Assembly (NCBI GenBank): GCA_002269645.1
Contig: NIVC01002368.1
Location: 1-52,521, forward strand
Source: Macrostomum lignano
Taxonomy: Eukaryota
Direction: 5' to 3'
Length of the DNA: 52,521 bases
The stretch's first letter is position 1, and each line of letters opens with the position of its first letter. Under the pieces are notes generated by a model. It saw nothing but the letters and a program-made list of their open reading frames with translations. It did not search any database and had not been told where the DNA came from. Of the stretch, positions 31,348-43,740 are shown piece after piece. The translations under genes and the position numbers were made by a program.

Positions 31348-33569
31348 TCAATTCACATTGTTGGTGAATATTTCTTTGCAGTTCCGCACGCAGGTCAACA
31401 GAACGATTGCGTTGCCAAGGACGCTCGCCGGTAGTTGGCGATGCGCCTCGGCCAGCGCCTCCGTCACCGCCCGACCGTCAGCCCACACGTGCAGAACGTG
31501 TCGCTGCCAGGACTCCAGACTGTTTCTGTCAGCCTGTCGAATACCCAGCAGCTTCTTGGTGAGCAATCGGACGCCATTATCCACCGTGAACGGCTCGCCG
31601 TCAAATCGGAGAGCTCGAGTCACAGAAACAGCCACCTGTAAATAATGAGGTTTTCGATACATATCGGCTGCAATGTCATTATCGATACATATCGGCTGAA
31701 ATGTGATTATCGATACATATCGGCTGGAACTTTATTCTCGATACATATTGGCAGCAATGTGATTGTCGATACATATCGGCTACAATTTGATTATCGATAC
31801 ATATCGGCTGCAATGTCATTATCGATACATATCGGCTACAATGTGATTATCGATACATATCGGCTGCAATGTGATTATCGATACATATCGGCTACAATGT
31901 GTGACTATCGATACATATCGGCTACAATGTGATTATCGATAAATATTGGCTGAAATTTGATTACCGATACATATCGGATTAATAAGCAGCCGCACTATAT
32001 TGAAAAAAATCCACTCACCTTCCTATCAAACAGCCGCATCACATAGTCAGTGATTGAGCCGCCGTACGGAAAATACTGCACCTCCATTTCGGTTTTCAAC
32101 AGCTCAGCTTGATAGCACTTTCGCATGTACTCGTAGGACAGAACCTCGGACACCAGGGAGCTGCCCCAGCATTCGGTAGGATGAGAATTCGCAGCGATTC
32201 TTTCGTCAGCGTCATGTCTTTGAATCGTCGGACAGCCTCGAATGTGGTCACGTGAAGACCGCCGCCAATCTGTGGGTGTCAAGTTTGAATTGAGTTTGAG
32301 TCATTCGGTACTTTATTAGTTACTTCGTTAGTGTCTGCCCTTTTATCATTTAGTTAAATGTAAGTATCTGTGTTAGCATCTTCATGACTTTGTGTCTTCA
32401 TGTCTTCATGTCTTCGTGTCTTCGTGTCTCCATATCCCAGTTGTTTTTATGTCTCTGTCTTCGTGTCTTCATGTCTTTGTGTCTTCATGTCTTCATGCCT
32501 TCCTGTTTTCATGTCTTCGTGTCTTCATGTATTAATGTCTTCGTGTCTTTGTGTCTTAATGTCTTAATGTCTTCATAAAATCGTCTCTTCGTGTCTTCAT
32601 GTCTCCATATCCCAGTTGTTTTCATGTCTCTGTCTTCGTGTCTTCGTGCCTTCGTGTCTTCATGTCTTTGTGTCTTCATGTCTTCGTGTCTTCATGTTTT
32701 CGTGTCTTCATGTATTAATGTCTTCGTGTCTTTGTGTCTTAATGTCTTAATGTCTTCATAAAATCGTGTCTTCATGTCTTCGTGTCTTCATGTCTTCGTG
32801 TCTTTATGTCTTCGTGTCTTCATGTCTTCGTGTCTTCATGTCTTCGTGTCTTCATGTCTTTGTGTCTTCATGTTTTCATGCCTTCCTGTCTTCATGTCTT
32901 CGTGTCTTCGTGTCTTCATATCTCAGTTGTCTTCATGTCTCTATCTTCGTGTCTTCATGTCTCAAGTGTCTCAATACTCTATGTGTTTGTGTTTTTATGT
33001 CGTCATGTCTTTATGCCTTATAGTTTCATCATGTCTTTGTGTCTGCTTATATTCTACCTCGCATAAGAATCTATCTACTTAAGTATGTCTGTTTGTCTGT
33101 CAGTACAATTCTGTCACAATGCCCTGCCCCTGTCTGCCAGTCCCCGATCTCCACCGCACAGTCACCAACCTGGCCATCAGTAGCCTGCGGCGCCTCACGC
33201 ACCAGCCTGTACATGCGCCGGCGATCCTCAATGTAACCCACAAGGAAGTTCTTGCAGACGTAGCGGCACGACTTCCCAGGTCGCCAGAAGAGGCCGTCTG
33301 GTAGAGTAGCAGCGGTGAGGGAACCCTCGTTGCCTGTCGCCACTCTGCTGACGGTGTTGCAGCTGACGGTACCGCTGACCGCGACAGCTGCCTTCCATGC
33401 CACCAGCTGCTGTTGCTGGGTCGCTTTCGCCACTAATTGAACTGTTGCAGGAGTCTTTGCCACTAGCGGCTATGGGTGAATCACCGCCGCTAGAACCGCC
33501 GGAATCAGAGTCTGTAGTTGTTGCTGTCATCGTCATCGTCAATGTTGCTGTTGTCATTTCTGTACTCAA
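31348..33569 (-). CDS. AAC4-like protein (Dictyostelium 'AAC-rich mRNA clone AAC4' family); exons ~33561-33170, 32269-32019, 31635-31348; apparent frameshifts
   Basis: RILILPNAG[G]SSLVSEVLSYE...LLKTEMEVQYFPYGGSITDY...K|VAVSVTRA...LLTKKL...HVLHVWA matches the family from memory. The middle exon is 251 nt and needs +1 nt in a G run. The 5' end is uncertain. Confidence 0.7.
31650..31980. repeat. ~30-bp minisatellite (CGATACATATCGGCTGCAATGTGATTAT)n, intronic
   Basis: About 10 copies. Confidence 0.92.
32380..33040. repeat. 8-bp (TCTTCRTG)n repeat, intronic
   Basis: Read directly. Confidence 0.93.
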
Positions 33570-34149
33570 ATAGTCAGATGTTCAGAATTCAGCGTTGCAA
33601 CTTGTTTGGCCTACGATTCATTTTATAAGAAATTCTAGTTGAGCTGACGAAATAGCGGAGGAAGCGAAAAAAAGCCTGGTAGGTCGGTGACTCATTGTTT
33701 AGAGGACTGAGGCGAGGCGAGGCTATTTTTAGAAACAGTCACGGGGTTTACCCCAAAGCAAGCGGGGATTGACGTGGTTTCTAAAAATAGAAACAGAACT
33801 CGTACGTCTAACGCTAACACTACTGGCCTGGCGCTCCCTAATCTAAGAAATCAACGATTTCGTCATGTCTGTTTTTAGATTTCATACAGTTTCGTCATAA
33901 ACAGTTTGGAAAAAGAAGTACTTTTGGACTTTATAATAAAAGCTTTTAGGAATTTGACAAGTCAAACAATTCTGCCTCGTTTGATACGCGGTCTTCTGAA
34001 ATATTTGAAAGATTAAATGACTGCTTTTCGGCTTAAGAATTCCAAGGAAATCCAGGGGCAGGGGGATTAGGAAAAACTGGAGACTAAAGTGGTCGAGTGG
34101 GTCTGAGACTCTGAGGGGGAGAATGAAGGGTGAGACTAGACTCACTAGA

Positions 34150-34560
34150 GACGAGAGAGTGAGACTAGAGGGTGAGACAGGAGGGCGAGACATGAGGGTG
34201 AGATTGGAGGATTAGGCTGGAGGTAGGACTGGAGGAGAGGCTGGAGGGGGAGAAAGGAGAGGAGGCTGGAGGGGAGAAAGGAGAGGAGGCTGGAGGGGGA
34301 GAAAGGAGAGGAGGCTGGAGGGGGAGAAAGGAGAGGAGGCTGGAGGGGGAGAAAGGAGGGGGAGGCTGGAGGGGAGAAAGGAGGGGGAGGCTGGAGGGGA
34401 GAAAGGAGGGGGAGGCTGGAGGGGGAGAAAGGAGGGGGAGGCTGGAGGGGGAGAAAGGAGGGGGAGGCTGGAGGGGAGGCTGGAGGGGGAGAAAGGAGGG
34501 GGAGGCTGGAGGGGGAGAAAGGAGGGGGAGGCTGGAGGGGGGAGAAAGGAGGGGGAGGGT
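34150..34560. repeat. Polypurine ~25-bp repeat (GGAGGCTGGAGGGGGAGAAAGGAG..)
   Basis: Read directly. Confidence 0.93.
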
Positions 34561-35097
34561 AGTGGACATTGAACGGGCTAAAATTGAGCCAAAGGCTTAG
34601 AAACAAAGTCTATTTAAGTTCAAAATACAAAGAAAAAGTACAAATAAAACCTTTTAATGTGAATTCCGCATCTATTAGCAATGCAATATGTTATGGCGCA
34701 TTTTATTACAGGTACGATTAATTGATACAGTTAAAAAAATCGCATGCATTTGACATTAGAGTAATCTGTTTTTGTCATTTTATGATTTATGATTTTTAAA
34801 TTTTACAGTTTTTGTTAATTTTTTGGGGGATTTTGCGAATTTTAAAAGAAAGCAATGGTTTACAAAGTTGAACTGCATCACATTGGACGTGCGTTTAAGC
34901 TGAACAAAGGGGAATAAAAAAACGAAAAGCACACAAAACCTTAAAGTTGGGGAAACTTAAATTTATGAATTTACAAATTATTTTACAAGTGTAAAGTCTT
35001 AATTGATGATCATTAAAATTGCCTGCTTAAACACACTTTACTACTAGAAGTAAGACTAAACCGTAAGTAGTAAATTCGGTAGAATCGCGCACAGAGC

Positions 35098-35992
35098 TCA
35101 GCAGGCCCGCAGCAGCATGGCGACTCTCTCATCCCGCAGTCTGGCGGCAGCTGTGGGATCCAGCTGAAGTCCAGCAGGTCCCGCCTCAGCCTCCAGCTGC
35201 CGCATCCTGGCTTCGCACTCGGCAATCTTGTTTATTTCAATCTCCATAGCAACAATTAGCCTGTCCATCTCTCGAATAGTGACAGGGTAGTTGTTCAGTC
35301 GGTCCACATAATACTTGATGTCCTGTGAGCTGATCCAGTCCGGGTCCTCTGCGTGATCCGTGATTAGCTCGGCTGGGCTGAGCACAATGCGACGTACATG
35401 TGGAGTCATGACCTGCTCGAAACTGCCCCAAATTTCCTGGTGTGTCTCCATTGATGTCAATAACTTGTGTCTCAACTCATGAAACCATCTAAAATTGATA
35501 TATATTGATAGCAGATACGCCAATCACAATGATGGACTCAAGCAGATTTCTTCTAACCTAAAAACACCGCATTGCCGACACAAATTATGTAAAACTTCTC
35601 CACTCTCAAATGACTTTTGAATGCTAAAAAATATCATTTGCTGTTCGAGCAGTGAATGGAAATTCTGTCCTACCAAGTTTACACCGATGACAAAGTAAGC
35701 ATATATCGTTGAATACTCGTACTTACCTCAAATATACTACTGTTCTGGGCTCTGCTCTGCTAATCAGAGAACCCACATCAACAAAACTCTCCAGTGCCTC
35801 CACAGCCCTGTCTTTGTCCTGACTGCTCACTCCTTCCGAGCCGAGAATCACTCTGGTGCTGTCTCTGAGAAAGTTGGTCTCAGATTTCACTTGAGCATGA
35901 AACTGCTTAGCAGAGCTATCAAATTTCTTTTTTGCCTCGTTAAGGTCGATTTGGAGAGCAATGAACTCTTGAGATGGTGAATCGTTTTCCAT
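35098..35992 (-). CDS. Orphan 2-exon gene (35992-35727, 35488-35098), 218 aa, probably helical/coiled-coil
   Basis: ATG start, AG|GTAAGT donor and TTTTAG|A acceptor join in frame (phase 2). No family recognised. Confidence 0.65.
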
Positions 35993-36309
35993 TGTTCTAT
36001 CTAACCTAATAATTCAGGATAGTAAATCTAATATGCAACAACAGGGTGTCTGCTTTCACTCTCTTTTTGGTTTGGCATAAAGCTGCTTTTTAAAAGAGAC
36101 CGCCATAACAAAAGGCATTAGCGGTAACTCCGCGAAAATGCCGTGGAAAATTCGTGGAATTGCCGAAGAATTAAAGCGAAACTTCCTTTTAAAGTACAAT
36201 CGCCACAAGGTACAACCGTTTTTGAGAGATCCTGTAATAAGGAACCAATCGATAATTAGATTGTGAGCACATTTTGTCACTGTTCGGTTTGGTTCGAGAA
36301 TGAATATCA

Positions 36310-36710
36310 TAGCTGAGGCTCTCAGTTCCCCTTGAGATTCTCTTAGGCTGAGACTCTCAGTTCCTCATGAGATTTTCAAGCTGAGACTCTAAGTTATCCC
36401 AAGAGATTCTCATAGCTGAGACTCTCAGTTATCCCATTAGATTCTCATGGCTGAGACTCTCAGTTCTCCCATTAGATTCTCATAGCTGAGACTCTCAGTT
36501 CTCCCATTAGATTCTCATAGCTGAGACTCTCAGTTCCCCCATTAGATTCTCATAGCTGAGACTCTCAGTTTCCCCCATTAGATTCTCATAGCTGAGACTC
36601 TCAGTTCCCCCATTAGATTCTCATAGCTGAGACTCTCAGTTCCCCCATTAGATTCTCATAGCCCAGACTCTCGGATTCCCCATTAGATTCTCATAGCTGA
36701 GATCTTACTC
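36310..36710. repeat. ~35-bp minisatellite (AGCTGAGACTCTCAGTTCCCCCATTAGATTCTCAT)n
   Basis: Read directly. Confidence 0.92.
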
Positions 36711-37559
36711 TCATTTTTGAAACTCTAAGCATCCTATTAGATACTCGTACTCGTAAAAGAATCGCAGCCCTCTGTATGTATTTTAGCGGCAGTTGGTAAT
36801 TAGGTAATTTTAAGCTGTAAGACTTAATAGCTTATTTAAGTCTTATAGCTTAATAGCGTATTTCACAGGTTAAAGAAGTTAAACAGTTTCCTAACCATAC
36901 TACTACTGAGTAACTGAATAAGTATTAATATCGATAAATCATCAGGACTGGAAGTGATGAATGGATTAAGTATATTATTGAAAAGGCATGAAATACGAAT
37001 CGCAGTGGAGCCTAAAACGCCGTTTTGGCATCAGGAGAGGTGCAAGTCAATCATTCATTAGTTTTTGATGACCATTATGACGCAATGAATTTTGCTGTCA
37101 TTTGCTGTCATTAAAACGAAATTAATAACAAATTAAGCATAGGAGCAGACTATAATTTTACCTTGTTCCGAGCAAAATTAGCAGAATTTTGAAAGTTACT
37201 ATAAGATTAAACAATAGTAAATGCTATGTACACTGAGTTCTTTACTGTGAGTACAGTAGTTAGCCAGCTATTGCTCACAGTCAAGATTGTCAAGACTCGC
37301 TGAGCACGAGAAGCTGCCACTGACAGGTAGTGTGATGATGTGCTCGTAGCGGGAGAACATGTAGGGTAATTTTTAGTCTGAGTGTACACCGATGGGCATG
37401 TATTGCAATAATTAAACAAATGACAGCATATACATTTTAATGGTATAGCCATTATATGGTACAGTTTATAGATTAGGAAAACATGAGCAGATAAAGACTT
37501 ATGGCCGATACACTGTACTAATTATAAAATCTCCTCAAAGCATCCAAAACGACTCTACT

Positions 37560-37815
37560 GCAATGTTTCTGAGAGAATTCACCTCAGCAACACTCTCCAG
37601 TACCTTCACAGCCCTGTCTTTGTCCTGACTGCTCACTCCAACCGATCCGAGATACAATTTGATACTGATCTCTGAAAAAGTTTCTCAGATCTCAGAGTTC
37701 CTTTGAGCTTAGCTTGAAGCTACGAGCGTACTTATAGCAGACCTTTCGAATGTCTTTGTTGCCTCGCTCGTTGAATATGATTTCGGGATCAGCTGCGTTG
37801 TCGCCGGTTTCTATT
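37560..37815 (-). pseudogene. Degenerate duplicate of exon 1 of the orphan gene
   Basis: CAGCCCTGTCTTTGTCCTGACTGCTCACTCC is shared with ~35805-35835; the surrounding sequence has indels and stops. Confidence 0.75.
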
Positions 37816-37859
37816 TTAAATATTATGTTTGATTTTTTAAACTTTTCTAACTTAATTGC

Positions 37860-38410
37860 ATCTCCTCACCGGCGGTGGGGAAGAACTCAGCTCGTCCCGT
37901 GTCCTTGAGGTACCCAAGATAACCGCATAGGATAACCGATAACCCAAAGATAAAGTGCTCAGAGTTTTCATTGCTTGAGCGACAGAATTGCGGCACCGCT
38001 CCTCATGCTAACTGGCCCTGAAGGAAGCGGTGGCTAAAGGAAGCAGCCATGCCCAAAGAGGGCCATGCTGACTGCTCTAAGATCCTTGCGTTCAAGCCTA
38101 AGGAGGGCTCTGTGCAGGAGGGGAGGGGCAGGGGACGGCAGCACGGGATTGCCTGCAATTCCGGGTGTCGTGTCACCTGAAGAGATGCTCGGAATCAGCC
38201 CAAGCCGTTGACCCGGGAGTTGATTACCGAGGCGGGGATGGGGGCCCGGCCCCAGGAGCTGAGGTTTCAGGGCAGCGTACTCGTTGCTAAGAAAACCAGT
38301 GTGGTCCGGGATCCATTTGAGCTCCACCTGATTGCCCAGCACAAAGTCCGAAGGGCTGCTTGGCTGTCGGAAAGCAATGTCGCTTTTAAGGCTAAGCGAG
38401 CCCAATCACT
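37860..38410 (-). mobile_element. Degenerate RNase H-bearing LINE 3' fragment (I/R1/Loa-type)
   Basis: VELKWIPDHTGFLSNEYAA (RNase H), LFGHGCF, then a frameshifted C..C...ENSEH (CCHC-like) remnant. Confidence 0.7.
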
Positions 38411-39030
38411 TTCTCTATCCCCTTCATTTTATTCCATCTAAATCTGCAGTGAAGTCGCAGTAGCAAAAAATGACTTTTTAATGCTGACTTTGTGATGAGG
38501 CTCGATGTATAAGCAGAGTAAGATAAAGTGCTGCATTCCATGATGATTAAACTATAAGTCTACCTCTTATTCTGTGTAGAATCTTAATAGTTATATTAAT
38601 CCACCTGGCCAAAATTGTTATTAAAACCTCAGCTTCAATCGAAAACTTTAAAATTCTAAAAACATGAACAATCACTTGAGAAATTGTAAATTTAGAATCC
38701 GTATCAAAAAGGGGTTTTCATAGCTGCGTTAACGAGGAAACAACATGCAAATAGCTCTACTGCAAGTAGTTTACGCTAGTTTTACAAGTTAAGCACACAA
38801 TTATTGCTTTATTTAATAAAAATTGGTGAGTAAAGAACTCAATAAAGTCGTATAAAATAAATTAATAATTGTTTTAACACCGTTTTGTCATTTTTAGGCA
38901 ATATTTACGATTGATATTCATGAAATTTTGATTTTAGCAAGGGCTGTAAAACTCACTACGAAAACGAGCGCTTTAGTCTCTGCACCTCTATTTTCTGTCA
39001 GTATATATACGGTCCGAATCCTACAGGATC

Positions 39031-39047
39031 GTACTTGCTTCGGCAGT

Positions 39048-39087
<40 letters not shown>

Positions 39088-39137
39088 GGCCCCTGCGCAA
39101 GGATGACACGCAAATTCGTGAAGCGTTCCATATTTTT
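39031..39137 (+). ncRNA. U6: U6 snRNA
   Basis: GTACTTGCTTCGGCAGTAC 5' stem, ACAGAGA box, AGC triad, T-run terminator; TATA about 30 bp upstream (39002-39009). Confidence 0.97.
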
Positions 39138-39359
39138 TGTCTTTTTTCATCATAATACATCAAGACTTAAGTATTTATATTCCGTTTTTGCAGGCTGTGC
39201 CCATCCCTATTAAATAATGACATGCCAAGCACATATCAACAACTTTCGGCTTGCAGATGACATGGATTTGATTGGCAAATATGAGGAAGAATTGCAAGAA
39301 CTGACAACGAAACTGGACAGAATTTCAAGAAAGTTTGGCAGAGAAAGTCAGCAAAGAAA

Positions 39360-40988
39360 ATTTTGGCGCCGCAGGCACTAATTTTAGCGCCACAGGCACT
39401 CATTTTGGCGCTGCAGGCACTCATTTTGGCGCCACAAGCACTCATTTTAGCGCAGCAGGCAACCATTTTAGCGCCGCAGGCACTCATTTTAGCGCCGCAG
39501 GCACTCATTTTAGCGCCGCAAGCACTCATTTTGGCGCCTCAAGCACTCATTTTAGCGCCGCAAGCACTCATTTTAGCGCCGCAAGCACTCATTTTGGCGC
39601 CGCAGACACTCATTTTGGCGCCGCAGGCACTCATTTTAGCGCCGCAGGCACCTATTTGAGCACCGCACGCACCATTTTAGCGCCACAGGCACTCATTTTG
39701 GCGCCGCAGGCACTAATTTTAGCGCCACAGGCACTCATTTTGGCGCTGCAGGCACTCATTTTGGCGCCGCAAGCACTCATTTTAGCGCAGCAGGCAACCA
39801 TTTTAGCGCCACAGGCACTCATTTTAGCGCCACAGGCACTCATTTTGGCGCCACAAGCACTCATTTTGGCGCCGCAGGCACTCATTTTGGCGCCTCAAGC
39901 ACTCATTTTAGCGCCGCAAGCACTCATTTTAGCGCCGCAAGCACTCATTTTGGCGCCGCAGACACTCATTTTGGCGCCGCAGGCACTCATTTTAGCGCCG
40001 CAGGCACCTATTTGAGCACCGCACGCACCATTTTAGCGCCGCAGGCACTCATTTTGGCGCCGCAGGCACTCATTTTAGCGCCACAGGCACTCATTTTAGC
40101 GCAGCAGGCACTCATTTTAGCGCCGCAAGCACTCATTTTAGCGCCGCAGGCACTCATTTTATCGCCGCAGGGACTTATTTTAGCGCCACAGGCACTCATT
40201 TTAGCGCCGCAGGCACTCATTTTAGCGCCGCAGGCACTCATTTTAGCGCCGCAGGCACTCATTTTAGCGCCGCAGGCACTCATTTTAGCGCCGCAGGCAC
40301 TCATTTTAGCGCCGCAGAAACTCATTTTATCGCCGCAGGGACTTATTTTAGCGCCACAGGCACTCATTTTAGCGCCGCAGGCACTCATTTTAGCGCCACA
40401 GGCACTCATTTTAGCGCAACAGGCACTCATTTTAGCGCCGCAGGCACTAATTTTAGCGCCGCAGGCACTCATTTTAGCGCCACAGGCACTCATTTTAGCG
40501 CTGCAAGCACTCATTTTGGCGCCTCAAGCACTCATTTTAGCGCAGCAGGCAACCATTTTAGCGCCACAGGCACTCATTTTAGCGCCGCAGGCACTTATTT
40601 TGGCGCCACAAGCACTCATTTTATCGCCGCAGGCACCTATTTGAGCACCGCACGCACCATTTTAGCGCCGCAGGCACTCATTTTGGCGCCGCAGGCACTC
40701 ATTTTAGCGCCACAGGCACTCATTTTAGCGCAGCAGGCACTCATTTTAGCGCCGCAGGCACTCATTTTATCGCCGCAGGGACTTATTTTAGCGCCACAGG
40801 CACTCATTTTAGCGCCGCAGGCACTCATTTTAGCGCCGCAGGCACTCATTTTAGCGCCGCAGGCACTCATTTTAGCGCCGCAGGCACTCATTTTAGCGCC
40901 ACAGGCACTCATTTTAGCGCAGCAGGCACTCATTTTAGCGCCGCAGGCACTCATTTTAGCGCCGCAGACACTCATTTTATCGCCGCAG
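39360..40988. repeat. 21-bp satellite (TTTT[A/G]GCGCCGCAGGCACTCA)n with higher-order blocks
   Basis: About 75 copies; the marker CCTATTTGAGCACCGCACGCACC recurs at ~39650, 40007 and 40636. Confidence 0.97.
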
Positions 40989-42470
40989 ACTACTAAGCAA
41001 CGGCAGATGGCTTGATTTTGGAGGTGAGGTGGGTGTCAACCCTCCTCGCCTCTCATTGGCTGGCGCCCCGATCACTAGGTGATCGATACCCGTATCGATA
41101 TCGGCGCTCGGCGCGCGCGCGCCGCAGGCGCGTGGCGCCAAGCGCCGTCCAGCCGCAGGCGACCCTCCCCAGCCACCGGCGACCCTCCCCAGCCGCAGGC
41201 GCACCTACCGATATGTATGCCCACCCTACCGATATGTACCCCGATATGTACACCCTCCCGAGCCGCAGGCGCACCCTCCCGAGCCGTAGGCGCCCATGCC
41301 GCAGACGCCCATGCCGCAGGCACCCCGAGTGTACACTCTACCGAGCCGCAGGCACCCCGAGTGTACACTCTACCGATATGTACACTCTACCACTCTCCCG
41401 ATATGTAGTCAACGATATTAGGCTAGTGAAAACTACTTATAGTAGGTGAAATTGAGTATATTTACATAAAAATGTAGATAAAACATATTGGTAGGTGAAT
41501 AATGACGCATATTGCATATTGGAGCATATGAGCAGCAAAAAACACACAATGTAGGTGTATGGGCAGAAATAGACAAAGCAGGTACTGTAGGCGCTACATA
41601 GGTGGAAATACACACACAGCAGGTGCATACATACACACAATGTAGGTGCAAATTGAGTATAATACAGGAAAATTACATAGCATATAATGTAGGCGCATTT
41701 TAAACGATACATTTTGCATATTAACCCGCAGGCACAAATTTCAGTGCATAGGATAAAATACACACACTGGAAGTTAAGTATAATACAACATATGTATGCA
41801 AAATTAAGCATATAATGTAGGTGCAAAGTAAAATATCCAGCCCAGGATATTCGAGACACGCCCCCAGAGTCAGGGCCGGGGGATCCCAATGTACAGTGCG
41901 GGCGGAGTAACAGAGAAATTCCTCCCCAGGGCCGGGGGATCCCAAGTACAGTGCGGTCAGAGAGGAGTAACATAGAGAAATTCCTCCCCAGGGCCGGGGG
42001 ATCCCAAGTACAGTTCAGGCAGAGAGCATTCCAATCCTCCCCAAATGGGGGGGTTATCAAAGACCCCTCACATTGCACAGGGCGGGCAGAATAACAGACC
42101 GCATACAAATAGGGGTTTTAGCGGATCCCAAGTACAGTGCGCTCCATGGTGTTAAATGAGGAAGGATCCCGCCCCAATGTACATTGGAGGTAGAGTAACA
42201 GACCGCATACAAAGAGAATTCCAGTCAAACTTTACCGCAGCTCCCACCCCAAATGAGGGTTTTAGTGGATCCCCAGAGGGTAGCTCTCCAAGTTGAGGGA
42301 TCCCCCCAGTGTGTTGCGAGGCCCAAGTACAGTGCATGCAGAGAGTAACAGAGTACAAAGAGAAATTCCCTTATCAGTCAAACTCGAGCGCGATCTTCAG
42401 CCAGGGCAGTCTCCTCCTCATCAGCGCTCTCGAAACATCTGTCAAAGTAAAAATATTCAATGTAGACAGA
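40989..42470 (-). mobile_element. Outer Polinton-like element, terminal part (TIR from 40989; resumes at 51750 after the nested insertion)
   Basis: ACTACTAAGCAACGGCAGATGGCTTGATTTTGG terminus and ~650 bp homologous to the inner TIR. Last exon CFESADEEETALAEDRARV* is homologous to the inner CFESVEEEAAYETALRERMEID*. Confidence 0.85.
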
Positions 42471-43380
42471 ACTACTAAGGACTGGCAGATGTGTTGATTT
42501 TGGGAGGGGGGTGGGTGTCAACCCTCCTCGCCTCTCATTGGCTGGCGCCCCGATCACTAGGTGATCGATACCCGTATCGATATCGGCGCTCGGCGCGCGC
42601 GCGCGCCGCAGGCGCGTGGCGCCAAGCGCCGTCCAGCCGCAGGCGACCCTCCCCAGCCGCAGGCGACCCTCCCCAGCCGCAGGCGACCCTCCCCAGCCGC
42701 AGGCGCACCTACCGATATGTATGCTCACCCTACCGACATGTACCCCGATATGTACACCCTCCCGAGCCGCAGGCGACCTTCCCCAGCCGCAGGCGCCCAT
42801 GCCGCAGACGCCCATGCCGCAGGCACCCCGAGTGTACACTCTACCGAGCCGCAGGCACCCCGAGTGTACACTCTACCGATATGTACACTCTACCACTCTC
42901 CCGATATGTAGTCAACGATATTAGGCTAGTGAAAACTACTTATAGTAGGTGAAATTGAGTATATTTACATAAAAATGTAGATAAAACATATTGGTAGGTG
43001 AATAATGACGCATATTGCATATTAAAATGTACATATTGGAGCATATGAGCAGCAAAAACACACAATGTAGGTGCATGGGCAGAAATAGACAAAGCAGGTA
43101 CTGTAGGCGCTACATAGGTGGAAATACACACAGCAGGTTTACAAAGTGTACTTTCGATACATATCGGATTAATGTATAAAGCAGGTTTACAAGGCATGCA
43201 TAAGGTGTAGTTGTATAATACAGGCACGCATGTATAATCAGATTATAGGCAAACGCCCAGGTGCAATTTCAACAGACGCGTAAATAATGTCACACCGACT
43301 AAAGAGTAAATATTGTCTAACCCGCAGGTGCATAAATATTTTAAACAAAAGCGGTTCGGGGAAATCCCAAAAGGGAGGTT
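42471..43380 (+). repeat. Left TIR (910 bp)
   Basis: Reverse complement of 50844-51743; identity ends at ...AAAGGGAGGTT. Confidence 0.95.
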
Positions 43381-43740
43381 CACGGCCTAATGACCCGATA
43401 TACTTTCAACACAATTAAACCCACAAGTGGGCTAGAAAAATGGACAACGTATTTCGATTGCGCTATCAGTACGCTAATCAGCGCAGCAAGTTTATGTCAG
43501 GAGTTCTACTCCAAGAGGCGGACCGCTGGGCCACAAACCGCCCCGAGGGAATAGGTGTCAAATGGGAGTTTTAACACTTGAGGGGATCCCGCTCAATGTA
43601 CAGTGGAGGTGCCAAATGAGTAGGGACCCCTAAGTACAGTGCGGGCGTAAAACCATTTTCATCCCCACGAGTCAAGGGATCCCAAGTGGGCGCATAGGGG
43701 AATCCCAGGCGTAAAAAAAAGATAGATCCTTATCTTTCAC

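Noticed and set aside
33723-33790. 14-bp perfect inverted repeat CTATTTTTAGAAAC
   Set aside because: Isolated and AT-rich, with no TSD; possibly a MITE remnant but unsupported.
39236-41015. ALILAPQ / MSACGAK ORFs
   Set aside because: Products of a stop-free 21-bp satellite.
41012-43227. ORFs within the TIRs (also 50991-51701)
   Set aside because: GC-rich iteron translations with frames not conserved between copies.
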